Assembly: GCA_000146465.1 (NCBI GenBank)
Contig: CP001943.1
Length of the DNA: 64,000 bases
Strand: one strand, 5' to 3'
Part shown: positions 37,782 to 46,657 of the stretch, in pieces
How positions within the stretch are numbered: position 1 is the stretch's first letter
Layout of the letters: each line of letters begins with the position of its first letter
Program-made: the position numbers and the translations under genes
Notes under the pieces: model-generated
The model's database searches: none
Seen by the model: the letters and a program-made list of their open reading frames with translations, nothing else
Told to the model about the DNA's origin: nothing

Positions 37782-39899
37782 ATGGAGCATATGAAAAGTG
37801 GCTTTGAAAGTCCTCAACCGAATGAGGAAGACCTTTCTCCAAGGTCTATTATTGATGAATGCAACTACTACAGATCGACTCTGACAGCCATTCCCGAAAA
37901 GCAGGATTTAGTAAGAACGTCTGGAATTCCTTTTGTTATTAATGTGATACTAGAAAACTATGAAGAAGAAGAGGTTCCATTGTGCTCGGACGACATAATC
38001 CGATGTGAACGCTGCAAGTCTTACCTGAATCCTTTTGTTGAGATTATACCTCCAGGTCTGAAGTGGAAGTGCAATCTCTGCCTGACAATCAACGATCTGG
38101 CAACTGCCTTTCAAGTTACCAGCAGAGGGATATCTCGGACTAGTAGTCTGTTTGACCCCAAGGTGAATGCTATGCATAATTACAGCTACTACACCCGAGG
38201 GGAGCTGAGAAGTACTGTTTATGAGCTAGAAGCACCACCGAATTACTCGCTCAAAACACCATCCCCTCCATTAATATGCTTTCTCATAGAAGTGACTTTT
38301 GAAAGCATGAAATATAGATCTGTTGATGCAGTTATAAGAAGTATTCTAGGAGGGCTGAACCCAAGGTTCTTTGATCCAAGGTCTCGTATGATGTTTGCAT
38401 TCTTCGACTCGTGCATATACCTTCTCAGGAAAAACGGAGACTTCTCCGTAATCTCGGATGCAACACATATTCCTTTCTTCTTAGAAGAGGACTTCTTGCT
38501 ACCTCTTGATCATCGCTTCGACGTTGATGGGATAGAAAGGTTCTTCATAGAAAACAAGTCTACAAGAAACAATTACGGAGATGCACTAAGGATTGTCCAG
38601 AACATCCTCGGTACCACTGGAGGATGCATAATCTCCTTTCTGGCAACATATCCAAACGTAGGCCCAGGGTGTGTGGACTCCAATCAACATGAGCTAAGAT
38701 GCAAGTCGGTATTTTACAAAGAAATATCGGTGTATTTGTCGAAGCAAGGTATATCTGTGACACAGTTTTTGTTTCCCCGACTTGGAATAGAACTTCCTAC
38801 TCTTAGTGTATTAAGTAAGTATACAGGAGGAATGGTATACTATTACCCAAACTTCGATGGAACCGATCCTACATTTGCCACAAAGTTAGCTAATGATCTT
38901 GCTTCGCATCTCGATTTGAATATAGGGTTGTATGGAATGTGCAGAGTCAGAACCAGCAAGTGTGTGTTTATAAAGGAGTACTTCGGATCTTTACACCATA
39001 GGTCTGAGGATTTAATATCGTTTTCCACCTTCTTTCCTCCTCACTCATTCAGTTTTGAAATAGACATATCCAAGGAAGAAGGGACAAGGGGCGTTTGTTT
39101 CCAAGTGGCTATTCTTAGAACACTTCGTACTGGAGAAAGAAGAATCCGAGTAGTGAACTTTTGTATTGAAAAAGTGTCTAGATCATTGTACAGTGTTGTG
39201 GATCCTTATGCAGTAGCACATGCATTTGCTTTGAAAGCCTTTTTCTTCGAGTCGAGGACAAAGGGAGGAGGTAATGAGTATCTCAATAAGTCCATGAAGG
39301 ATATTGTCAGATTGTACAAGCAGCTTTCCAATACAACAACCCTTTTACCTGCAACACTCGAGGTGCTTCCGATGCTCATCCTATCTCTTTGCAAGTCTAT
39401 TCCCCTCAGACCTGCATCTTATACACCAATGGACTACAAATCCTACTACATATACCTGATTAGCAATTCCTACCCAAAGCTGGTTGATACAGTGATATAT
39501 CCAACTTTACTCGCTTTACATCGGCTGGACTCTATACAGCCACTTAACCTAACTCTTAACTGCCTCGAGACAAACGGATTGTATTTACTAGATACCGGTG
39601 TGACCATCTTCTTTTTTGTGGCTAGAGACTGCGATCCATCTCTCCCGAACTTACTGTTCGACTCGTCCATAGGATCGGAAAGATTTATCTTCGATCCTGA
39701 AAGGAACGAATTTAGTGATTCTGTATGTAAGATAATCAAAGAGTTGAGAAGTAATAGGCATTTAACTCCCAACTATGTGCTGGTGAGGGACGATGGCACA
39801 AGCAGCATATATAAGGACATATTCTTCACTTACTTTGTGGAAGACGAGTCTCACGGCCTTCCATCCTATTCTAAATATCTTGAATTGCTGAGGGCTTAA
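37782..39899 (+). CDS. SEC24: COPII coat subunit of the Sec23/Sec24 family (Sec24-like)
   Basis: The zinc finger IIRCERCKSYLNPFVEIIPPGLKWKCNLCLTINDL matches the Sec24 Zn-finger consensus (CrrCrAYiNPFv...W.CNlC..N). A trunk and helical region follow. It is shortened to 705 aa. Confidence 0.7.
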   Translation: MEHMKSGFESPQPNEEDLSPRSIIDECNYYRSTLTAIPEKQDLVRTSGIPFVINVILENYEEEEVPLCSDDIIRCERCKSYLNPFVEIIPPGLKWKCNLCLTINDLATAFQVTSRGISRTSSLFDPKVNAMHNYSYYTRGELRSTVYELEAPPNYSLKTPSPPLICFLIEVTFESMKYRSVDAVIRSILGGLNPRFFDPRSRMMFAFFDSCIYLLRKNGDFSVISDATHIPFFLEEDFLLPLDHRFDVDGIERFFIENKSTRNNYGDALRIVQNILGTTGGCIISFLATYPNVGPGCVDSNQHELRCKSVFYKEISVYLSKQGISVTQFLFPRLGIELPTLSVLSKYTGGMVYYYPNFDGTDPTFATKLANDLASHLDLNIGLYGMCRVRTSKCVFIKEYFGSLHHRSEDLISFSTFFPPHSFSFEIDISKEEGTRGVCFQVAILRTLRTGERRIRVVNFCIEKVSRSLYSVVDPYAVAHAFALKAFFFESRTKGGGNEYLNKSMKDIVRLYKQLSNTTTLLPATLEVLPMLILSLCKSIPLRPASYTPMDYKSYYIYLISNSYPKLVDTVIYPTLLALHRLDSIQPLNLTLNCLETNGLYLLDTGVTIFFFVARDCDPSLPNLLFDSSIGSERFIFDPERNEFSDSVCKIIKELRSNRHLTPNYVLVRDDGTSSIYKDIFFTYFVEDESHGLPSYSKYLELLRA

Positions 39900-39949
39900 T
39901 AAAACTGTTTGAAATCTCTTATCATATTCCATGGACTGCTTGAAAAGCC

Positions 39950-42736
39950 ATGCCTGGCCTCCCCCCAATGCAAAGGGAATTGGAAGACCTCATAACAAAG
40001 CTCAAAACAATGGCAATAGTTGATAATCACGAGGACTACAACTATTTAGTGTCGTGTACAGACAAGTACGACAACAAAGGAAAGATATTTGAGCTTCTGA
40101 GAAATAGGAACAATGCACCTGGGGAGATGGCACCTCTACTGTTTACATTCACATCGAAGCTCGGGACGGAGTCTGACGAAGGTCTGCTTGTTCGAATCAT
40201 TGACTTCATCAGAGGATGCAGAAGAGACTCGAGAGAGACCTCAGAATGGATGGTCAAGATCCTATTTTTGATTCTGGAAAAAGTCAAAGAGAAAAGGAAG
40301 GATTCTGCGATAAGGCTAAGGCTTCTTGAATGCATTAGGATTTACAGCCAGGACATAGGATTGGTCAACCACATGATCGATCTTATGTGTACGAAGAGTA
40401 GCTCCGAGATTATCGGGTCGATACTTGAATCCATTCCCTCAGTATCTCATGAGTTTATTGAATGTGCCATGAAGCAAGATAATCCAGCTCTGCTGAAAAA
40501 CCTGTCTCTTGTTCTTCCTTCCTTATCTGAAAAGGATATAAGTCTGTTTGTAAACTACGAGTCCTTTGAAGAATTTCTTGAGTCTGAGCACTTTTTTATG
40601 AGGAACTGCTTCCTGGAAATATGTGCAAACCTTGTAGAGCACTTTAAGAAGAAAGGAATGGTTGAGAAGATGAACGATCTTATAGGAATGGTTGTAGAGA
40701 GGTTATCTGACACATATTTCTTAACTCGGTATAAGGCTCTTCAGGTTCTAGAATGTCTCTTCCAAAGGAACTCAATAGGCGTAGGAAGAAGACATGAAAT
40801 CATTCGGGAGATTGGAGGTCGGGTTCTGGACAAAACGGTTGTCGTTCGAAAGAAGGCCATAGGGATTTGTTCTGGCTTACTTATGAGCCATCCCTTTGCA
40901 TCTGAAAAAAGTCTTGAAAAGAAGAATTTCAAGCCAAGCGAGGATGAAAACAACAGTAACTATCCTGACAATAAGAAAAAAGAGGTTGAAAGAAGGTATC
41001 ATGAAGACTTGAATGAGTTCCACGACATCATGAGGGAAATACAGGACAATGTCATAATTCTCCTGAATGGAGAGACTAAAACAGAAATTGCCGAATGTGT
41101 TGAATTTGTAAAGCTTTCCTTCTACTATAAAATAGATGGGTCCAAAGAGGCATTTGAATCACTCTTTGATCTTGTATGGACCCAAGACCAGGAACTCTTG
41201 GTTCTGTCTTTCAAAGACCTTATTATGCAGATGAAGATGAGCAAGATCAGCTTATTTGGCTTCTTCAAGGAGTTTATAAGGAAGGAAGGAAATCATTCGT
41301 TTGAAAGAATGATTAGAGAACTCAGTACAAGGAGGTATATAGATAAGTCATTTGTGGGGGAGCTATACAATACGTTTCTTCAAGGAGCTTATCTCTTTGA
41401 AACCTCTTATCTTTTAAGGCATATAGGAAGGCCTGTTCCGGTAGATATGTTCCACTCGTTGGCCCTGTCTATCACAAATCTTTTATTCTCTATCCAGGAG
41501 GAAAAGGATTTGGTTGAGATGCTGTCCGTGTACAAAAACATAATACAGATCAAGATACGGGAGAGGGTGGAATTCGATGGTGAGATAATAGAAATGCTCA
41601 TTAAGAACCTTGTGAAGATGACTTTCTTTGAACATCAGGTAACCGAGATAACTGTTTCTGTGATATATTCAATTAGCAGATTTCCCGAGAAGAGCATTAT
41701 CATGCTACTTGAAAAGCTTTGTATGATGGAAAAAAGCATGCTCAAGGTTATTTCTGCAGTAGGATATATTGGGCTGAAACACATGAAGTATCTAGAGGAG
41801 TTGGAAAGACTGGTGAAGTCCAACAGGATAAAAGTCAAGGTGGATAAAACAGTAATTACTCCTGAGATAGTGGAGAGGAGAAGAAGTATAAATGCATCTA
41901 GACAGAGTATTAGCACCATTATTGAAGAAGAAAGGGATGGGAATAGTACAATTCTAAGCGACCCTGGGTTTAGCAATAATATTTCCTCTAGGATTGGAGA
42001 CAAAAGTGAAGAGGAAATCATTGACTTTTTCTTCTACATTAAGGAGAAAGAGATGCTATATGGAAAAAGTATTCTCTCTATCTTCAAACGAATTGTTGAA
42101 GATGGATGCCACTCCAATGATGAGGAGATACAGGTTTGCTCGTATGTTTCCCTTTACAGGCTCATGTGCATTAGCTTTGAATTTTTTACCGAGCATTACG
42201 ATGTCTTTGTCAGGTCTATGAATCATCCGGTCTCTAGAGTTAGAGCAAATGCTGTTGTTGCAATGGGGGATTTTCTGTTGAACTACAATACCGTTGCAGA
42301 ACAACATACTTATCTTTTGCTTGAATCTCTTTCTGACGCAGATGTAGATGTTCGAAGAAATGCTCTTCTTGTAATTCACAATCTGCTTATGAAGAACATC
42401 CTTAAAATCAAGGGATATGGTTCCAAACTTGCAGTTCTTCTAATCGATGAGGAAACCGAAATTCGAGAAATGGCAGAACACCTTCTGGTGCAGATATCCA
42501 AGAAGGAGAATATGATGTCTGTCCTTCTCTACGAGACAATAACTGCAGGCAATGACCAACTATCTTCTGTTATAGGATTTTTTAGAGATTTGGTAAGCGA
42601 AAAAGTCAAGGAGAGTTTATTCTTGAAGGCCTTGAAGTCAAAGGTTGAACCAGAAACCTTGAGGCTTCTTCACAGTGCCTTTGATTTGGATGAAAAAATG
42701 ATGGAGGTGGTTAGACTCCTCGACGGATCTAAATAA
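39950..42736 (+). CDS. YCS4: condensin complex subunit 1 (Ycs4/CAP-D2)
   Basis: C-terminal Cnd1 domain: VRANAVVAMGDFLLNYNTVAEQHTYLLLESLSDADVDVRRNALLVIHNLLMKNILKIKGYGSKLAVLLIDEETEIREMAEHLL. This matches the Cnd1 consensus (LGDLavrFpN...VRknallvLthLILnDMIKVKGq...). The protein is HEAT-like throughout and 928 aa long. Confidence 0.7.
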   Translation: MPGLPPMQRELEDLITKLKTMAIVDNHEDYNYLVSCTDKYDNKGKIFELLRNRNNAPGEMAPLLFTFTSKLGTESDEGLLVRIIDFIRGCRRDSRETSEWMVKILFLILEKVKEKRKDSAIRLRLLECIRIYSQDIGLVNHMIDLMCTKSSSEIIGSILESIPSVSHEFIECAMKQDNPALLKNLSLVLPSLSEKDISLFVNYESFEEFLESEHFFMRNCFLEICANLVEHFKKKGMVEKMNDLIGMVVERLSDTYFLTRYKALQVLECLFQRNSIGVGRRHEIIREIGGRVLDKTVVVRKKAIGICSGLLMSHPFASEKSLEKKNFKPSEDENNSNYPDNKKKEVERRYHEDLNEFHDIMREIQDNVIILLNGETKTEIAECVEFVKLSFYYKIDGSKEAFESLFDLVWTQDQELLVLSFKDLIMQMKMSKISLFGFFKEFIRKEGNHSFERMIRELSTRRYIDKSFVGELYNTFLQGAYLFETSYLLRHIGRPVPVDMFHSLALSITNLLFSIQEEKDLVEMLSVYKNIIQIKIRERVEFDGEIIEMLIKNLVKMTFFEHQVTEITVSVIYSISRFPEKSIIMLLEKLCMMEKSMLKVISAVGYIGLKHMKYLEELERLVKSNRIKVKVDKTVITPEIVERRRSINASRQSISTIIEEERDGNSTILSDPGFSNNISSRIGDKSEEEIIDFFFYIKEKEMLYGKSILSIFKRIVEDGCHSNDEEIQVCSYVSLYRLMCISFEFFTEHYDVFVRSMNHPVSRVRANAVVAMGDFLLNYNTVAEQHTYLLLESLSDADVDVRRNALLVIHNLLMKNILKIKGYGSKLAVLLIDEETEIREMAEHLLVQISKKENMMSVLLYETITAGNDQLSSVIGFFRDLVSEKVKESLFLKALKSKVEPETLRLLHSAFDLDEKMMEVVRLLDGSK

Positions 42737-42781
42737 ATGTTCAAAGCCTAAGTCCAGTCTATATCCAAAGAACTGATCTAG

Positions 42782-43228
42782 CTATGTATTCCAGGGTGCC
42801 TTTTTGAACACCTTTATGTTGGGAATTTTTCTGTGAAGCCTCCTATATGCTTCATGTATGTGGGAAGGAAGAAGAGGGCCGGTCTCTTCTCTTTCTCCCT
42901 GAACAATCTTTGCCATTTCTATCATCTCCCCCACAAATACCTTTGCAAGCCCACAAACTGCGATGACGAAATTTGGATTTACAGCCTGGCCTATTACGCT
43001 GCTTATATACTTTTTAATTGCAGCCTTTGGAAACCCGCTCCCTCGAAACTTTTCATACCTGTGCAATTCTTCCTCAGTCATTGTCCCTGTAATAGAATGT
43101 AGACGCCCAGGATCCTCTCTCTTGTATGTAGAATCGTCTGTCATGAGATTGAGGTCGTCAGATTCTGTGTCTGACTGAACGTCTTTAGTGTTTTGGTCCT
43201 TTTCTCCTTCTTCATTACTCTCGTTCAT
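42782..43228 (-). CDS. TAF11: TFIID subunit TAF11 (histone-fold)
   Basis: HRYEKFRGSGFPKAAIKKYISSVIGQAVNPNFVIAVCGLAKVFVGEMIEMAKIV matches TAF11 ([53 protein letters not shown]). The ORF-track start at 43318 is a TTG; the first ATG is at 43228, with GGG following on the plus strand. Confidence 0.8.
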   Translation of the reverse strand: MNESNEEGEKDQNTKDVQSDTESDDLNLMTDDSTYKREDPGRLHSITGTMTEEELHRYEKFRGSGFPKAAIKKYISSVIGQAVNPNFVIAVCGLAKVFVGEMIEMAKIVQGEREETGPLLPSHIHEAYRRLHRKIPNIKVFKKAPWNT

Positions 43229-43261
43229 TTCGAGGGTTAATTTTCGAGTAGAGATAGGCCC

Positions 43262-44218
43262 ATGATAATAAGAATCGATCGGAAGCACATAAGTAGTTCT
43301 ATTGAGGAGTGGTTCCAACTCCTGAAGTCCAACAACGATTCTTTGGAGGATGGAAAGACCTCTGGATGCGATCCATCAATGGAGTACGAAATAGAAGTAA
43401 AAGAAAGTATCGGGAAAAAAATAGCCTTGGTTACTGTAAACAGGGTTGGTATAAAGCATGAAGTGTCTTTGGATAAGATCGAAGAAACTCTTCTGGAAGT
43501 TGTTGGGACCCTTCTTGGACATGAACTGGTGGTTATTCATGGATTTACAGTTAAGGATCAAAGCGGAGAAAAGACGAAACCGATTATTCCGATCTTCTTC
43601 AGATCGACTCTCGGGATTCAAATTCCCAAGAGAATGGGGTATTTAAAGAACGATGGAGCCGGAATTCCAGAGATCGACGAGAGTATGATGGTTCCATTTG
43701 TGCATACCAGTCCAATTTTAAAGTCATTACTAAACTCAAGACCTTTGAGGTTCTCAGGCGAGGGTGTAAAAGCTTTGTTAGTTCTCTACAACGGATCTAC
43801 ATTCATCATCCCAGATACAGCTAGAATTATTCCTATGATCCGTGGAATGCTTTCCAGGGAAAAAATGGGAGAGTTTCTCAAGCTTCTCAAAAAGTTCCCA
43901 TTTAAGTTTGTTGAAACCTTTATAAAAGCATATATGCAACCTTCTTCACTTGAAGTTAACAAGGAGTTGAGTGGTTGCTTTTCAGAATTTCAAAACAACC
44001 TTACCAAGCTTCACATCAAATGCATACACAAGATAGTATCTAATGCTCCTGTGTTTTTGGATGCTCGGGACAAGATTACTGAAAGAATCGAGAAGTTTTA
44101 TATTTACAATGCAAAAGGATTTAAGAGAAAAAGGGGGGAATATCTTAAGTGTAGAGAGGAGCTTTACATAGACAAGAATCCCATTGGATCTTTGAAGAGG
44201 TATTTCCGAGATCTCTAA
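43262..44218 (+). CDS. hypothetical protein (318 aa), no recognisable domain
   Basis: Uninterrupted ORF from an ATG preceded by CCC. Globular alpha/beta composition. Possibly lineage-specific. Confidence 0.4.
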   Translation: MIIRIDRKHISSSIEEWFQLLKSNNDSLEDGKTSGCDPSMEYEIEVKESIGKKIALVTVNRVGIKHEVSLDKIEETLLEVVGTLLGHELVVIHGFTVKDQSGEKTKPIIPIFFRSTLGIQIPKRMGYLKNDGAGIPEIDESMMVPFVHTSPILKSLLNSRPLRFSGEGVKALLVLYNGSTFIIPDTARIIPMIRGMLSREKMGEFLKLLKKFPFKFVETFIKAYMQPSSLEVNKELSGCFSEFQNNLTKLHIKCIHKIVSNAPVFLDARDKITERIEKFYIYNAKGFKRKRGEYLKCREELYIDKNPIGSLKRYFRDL

Positions 44219-44251
44219 AAAGCAGTTATAGCAAGCCTGTGTATTGTACCC

Positions 44252-44674
44252 ATGGTAAGTGTATTAACCTCAGTAGATGATGTGAACAAAGTAGTCGGAG
44301 ACACATCTTGCAGACTTGTAGTTATAAGGTTTGGAGACAAAGAAGATCCGCTGTGCACCCATACAGATGCACTTCTAGAGAAGATATGTCCTCTCCTTTC
44401 TAATTACGTTGATATATATGTTTGTGAAAGAAACTCAGTAAAGGAACTTGAAGAAGTGATGAGGTTAGACTCGCCTTTGAATATCATGTGTTTCTTTAAC
44501 AGGAGACATATAAAAATAGATTGTTCAAGTGGAGACAACGACAAAATAAATTTCCTAGTGGAGAATGAAGAAATGCTTGTAGAAATATTTACACTGGCAT
44601 ACAAGGCAGGTGTAAGAGGAAAAGGAATTATAAAATCTCCGTTTAAGGTCCAAGAGCTGCAAGGAGAATTATAA
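44252..44674 (+). CDS. DIM1: U5 snRNP protein Dim1/TXNL4A (thioredoxin-like)
   Basis: Colinear with human Dim1: RLVVIRFGDKEDPLC, NYVDIYVCE, MCFFNRRHIKIDCSSGDNDKINFLVENEEMLVEIF, GVRGKGIIKSPF. 140 aa against 142 aa. Confidence 0.85.
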   Translation: MVSVLTSVDDVNKVVGDTSCRLVVIRFGDKEDPLCTHTDALLEKICPLLSNYVDIYVCERNSVKELEEVMRLDSPLNIMCFFNRRHIKIDCSSGDNDKINFLVENEEMLVEIFTLAYKAGVRGKGIIKSPFKVQELQGEL

Positions 44675-44704
44675 CATGCTAGATATTTATCAAAGAAAAT
44701 CCTC

Positions 44705-45229
44705 CTAGAGGAGCACAATCGAATAAATAAATCCCTTATCGAATTTTTTTGAAACAAGAGGAGGGTCTGCTCTGAGCATTGTGTTAAGAATGTCGACACA
44801 TCTGTATCTTGAGATTCCTGTGTTTTTGATAATTTCTTCCAGCACGGCTCCTTCTCTATTATCATAAAGAAACCTTGCTATTTTTGCAGCATTGTTCCTG
44901 AATAGCTTATTACCAGTTGTGGTGGATCCCATTCTTTCTATAAACTCCTGCAAGCTTTCCTCTCCTCTTATGTTTGAGAAAGATGATGTTGTCTCTTCTT
45001 TAGTTTTTTCCTTAGGAATAACTTTCTTAGGAAAAACTATGGTTTGGGAAGTCTTGTCCAAGTCTAGATTGTGCTCAACACCACGGATTGTGTATGCGTC
45101 AAAGGCTGCCAGTAGTGCCTCCACCTTGTAGTTAAACTCTTTGATGTGGGAGCTACTTTGGATTATTACTTCGAGTTTCCTTTTGACTTCACTCACTAAC
45201 CTTGAGATTTCCTTAAGCTTCTCATCCAT
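44705..45229 (-). CDS. hypothetical protein with a C-terminal winged-helix-like segment
   Basis: 174-aa ORF. The start has ATG followed by GGG on the plus strand. EEIIKNTGISRYRCVDILNTMLRADPPLV looks like a winged-helix recognition segment. No confident family. Confidence 0.35.
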   Translation of the reverse strand: MDEKLKEISRLVSEVKRKLEVIIQSSSHIKEFNYKVEALLAAFDAYTIRGVEHNLDLDKTSQTIVFPKKVIPKEKTKEETTSSFSNIRGEESLQEFIERMGSTTTGNKLFRNNAAKIARFLYDNREGAVLEEIIKNTGISRYRCVDILNTMLRADPPLVSKKFDKGFIYSIVLL

Positions 45230-45304
45230 GGGATAAGACCATTGATGGATAATATCTTTAAGCCCCAGATCCAGCTTCCAAAATCAAAAAACAGCTTCTT
45301 TATG

Positions 45305-45309
45305 CCCCC
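45305..45309 (+). promoter_or_regulatory. CCCCC motif abutting the Brn1 ATG
   Basis: ctttatgCCCCCATG. Confidence 0.4.
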
Positions 45310-46641
45310 ATGTCTAACGATGACTTAGGAACCTGGCTAAAGGCAGCTGCTGAAAACAAAATCACAACAAAGAATACATGGAAGTCAACCCTAATTGACC
45401 ACTTTACAAATATAGATGAGTTTCGAGAAAAACAAGGGATTAACTTTCAGAAGGCCAGCTTTACGTTGGATGGGTGTGCCAAGGTTTATTCGACGCGTGT
45501 AGACGACGTTTCTGAAAATGCAATGAGACTTCTGGAAGGATTTGGGAGAGAAGAAGGGAAAAAGAGGCAAGCTAAAAAGAACAAAACAACAATAGAAAAG
45601 AACATTCTTAATCTTAATATCAAAGTAAGTGCGTCGAGAAGGCTGGTTGATCCGAAGTTTCTGTACTTGTCGTCGTTGGCTGAGAATGCTTTAATGATCG
45701 ATGCATTGGGAATTTCGTCAGACGGAATGTTTAGGATGACGTCTTCTAGGGATTGGGAGACTGTAGTTGTAGACGATCTCAAACTATCTGTAAACCTTCC
45801 TCAGGGACTGCAGATTTCTCCTAGTATAAACGAGGATAAAGAGATAAAGGATATTATTATCGACCCTATAGTAGGCAATGATGACGAGTCCTCTGGGGGA
45901 TCGGGGGGTTTTGGGATTGACAATCATCCTGACTTCTCCGAGTTTCCTCCTACTGCGGATAACCAGAATCTTGCTTACAAAGAGACTTCGTTTTCTTATT
46001 TCAAGGGATGGGCAGGGCCAAATCACTGGAAAGTACAGGCAAAAAAAGGAAAGGGAGGATCACAGAAACCCAAGGAAACTTCTTTTTTGGACTTTACAGA
46101 AATAATAGACCACGAGGGCATACTTGAGGCAGGAAACACCCTCTTTGAGCCTTCTTTGATAGTAGAGCGTAGAGAAAACCATCATGTACTACCTCAGGAC
46201 TTTAGATTGGAGGTGGAAGATCTGTACAGATATCTAGTAAGAGATGGGCTTTTTCATAGGAAAGACCAAAGTCATATGGATGAAATCTCTTTTGATTACT
46301 CTCCAGATCCGTGCATTGTGGAGGAACCTGAGGACGAGTTTATAACTGATGCTCCTTCTCAGGGAAACCAAAGAAGCACAGTCCCGCTTAGAAAGACATC
46401 CAAGAAAATCAACATCAAAAAGCTGAAGGATAATGTATTTGATTTCGTTAGAGAGGGAAGCACCAGTTTGCTTTCCATATTTAAAAGTGTACCCAAGATA
46501 TATGATAGCGAAGAGTCTAAAGATATTTCTATGCATCTTTGTTTTATTTCTCTTCTTCATCTTGCCAATGAGAAGAATATTCAACTTAAAGACGTAGGAG
46601 ATGATGTAAAGGTATGGATATCACCAGATTCAAGAACTTAG
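45310..46641 (+). CDS. BRN1: condensin complex subunit 2 (kleisin Brn1/CAP-H/Barren)
   Basis: The N-terminal kleisin box WLKAAAENKITTKNTWKSTLIDHF...NFQKASFTLDGCAKVYSTRVDDVSENAMRLLEGF, and the C-terminal LCFISLLHLANEKNIQLKDVGDDVKVWIS, match the two conserved ends of CAP-H. It is shortened to 443 aa. Confidence 0.75.
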   Translation: MSNDDLGTWLKAAAENKITTKNTWKSTLIDHFTNIDEFREKQGINFQKASFTLDGCAKVYSTRVDDVSENAMRLLEGFGREEGKKRQAKKNKTTIEKNILNLNIKVSASRRLVDPKFLYLSSLAENALMIDALGISSDGMFRMTSSRDWETVVVDDLKLSVNLPQGLQISPSINEDKEIKDIIIDPIVGNDDESSGGSGGFGIDNHPDFSEFPPTADNQNLAYKETSFSYFKGWAGPNHWKVQAKKGKGGSQKPKETSFLDFTEIIDHEGILEAGNTLFEPSLIVERRENHHVLPQDFRLEVEDLYRYLVRDGLFHRKDQSHMDEISFDYSPDPCIVEEPEDEFITDAPSQGNQRSTVPLRKTSKKINIKKLKDNVFDFVREGSTSLLSIFKSVPKIYDSEESKDISMHLCFISLLHLANEKNIQLKDVGDDVKVWISPDSRT

Positions 46642-46657
46642 GGATAAATTAGCTTCT

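Noticed and set aside
44252-44260. ATG immediately followed by GTAAGT at the Dim1 start (atgGTAAGTgtattaacc), resembling the classic microsporidian start-proximal intron.
   Set aside because: The uninterrupted reading frame is colinear with Dim1/TXNL4A from the first codons onward, so no splicing is required. I found no convincing intron in any gene in the window.
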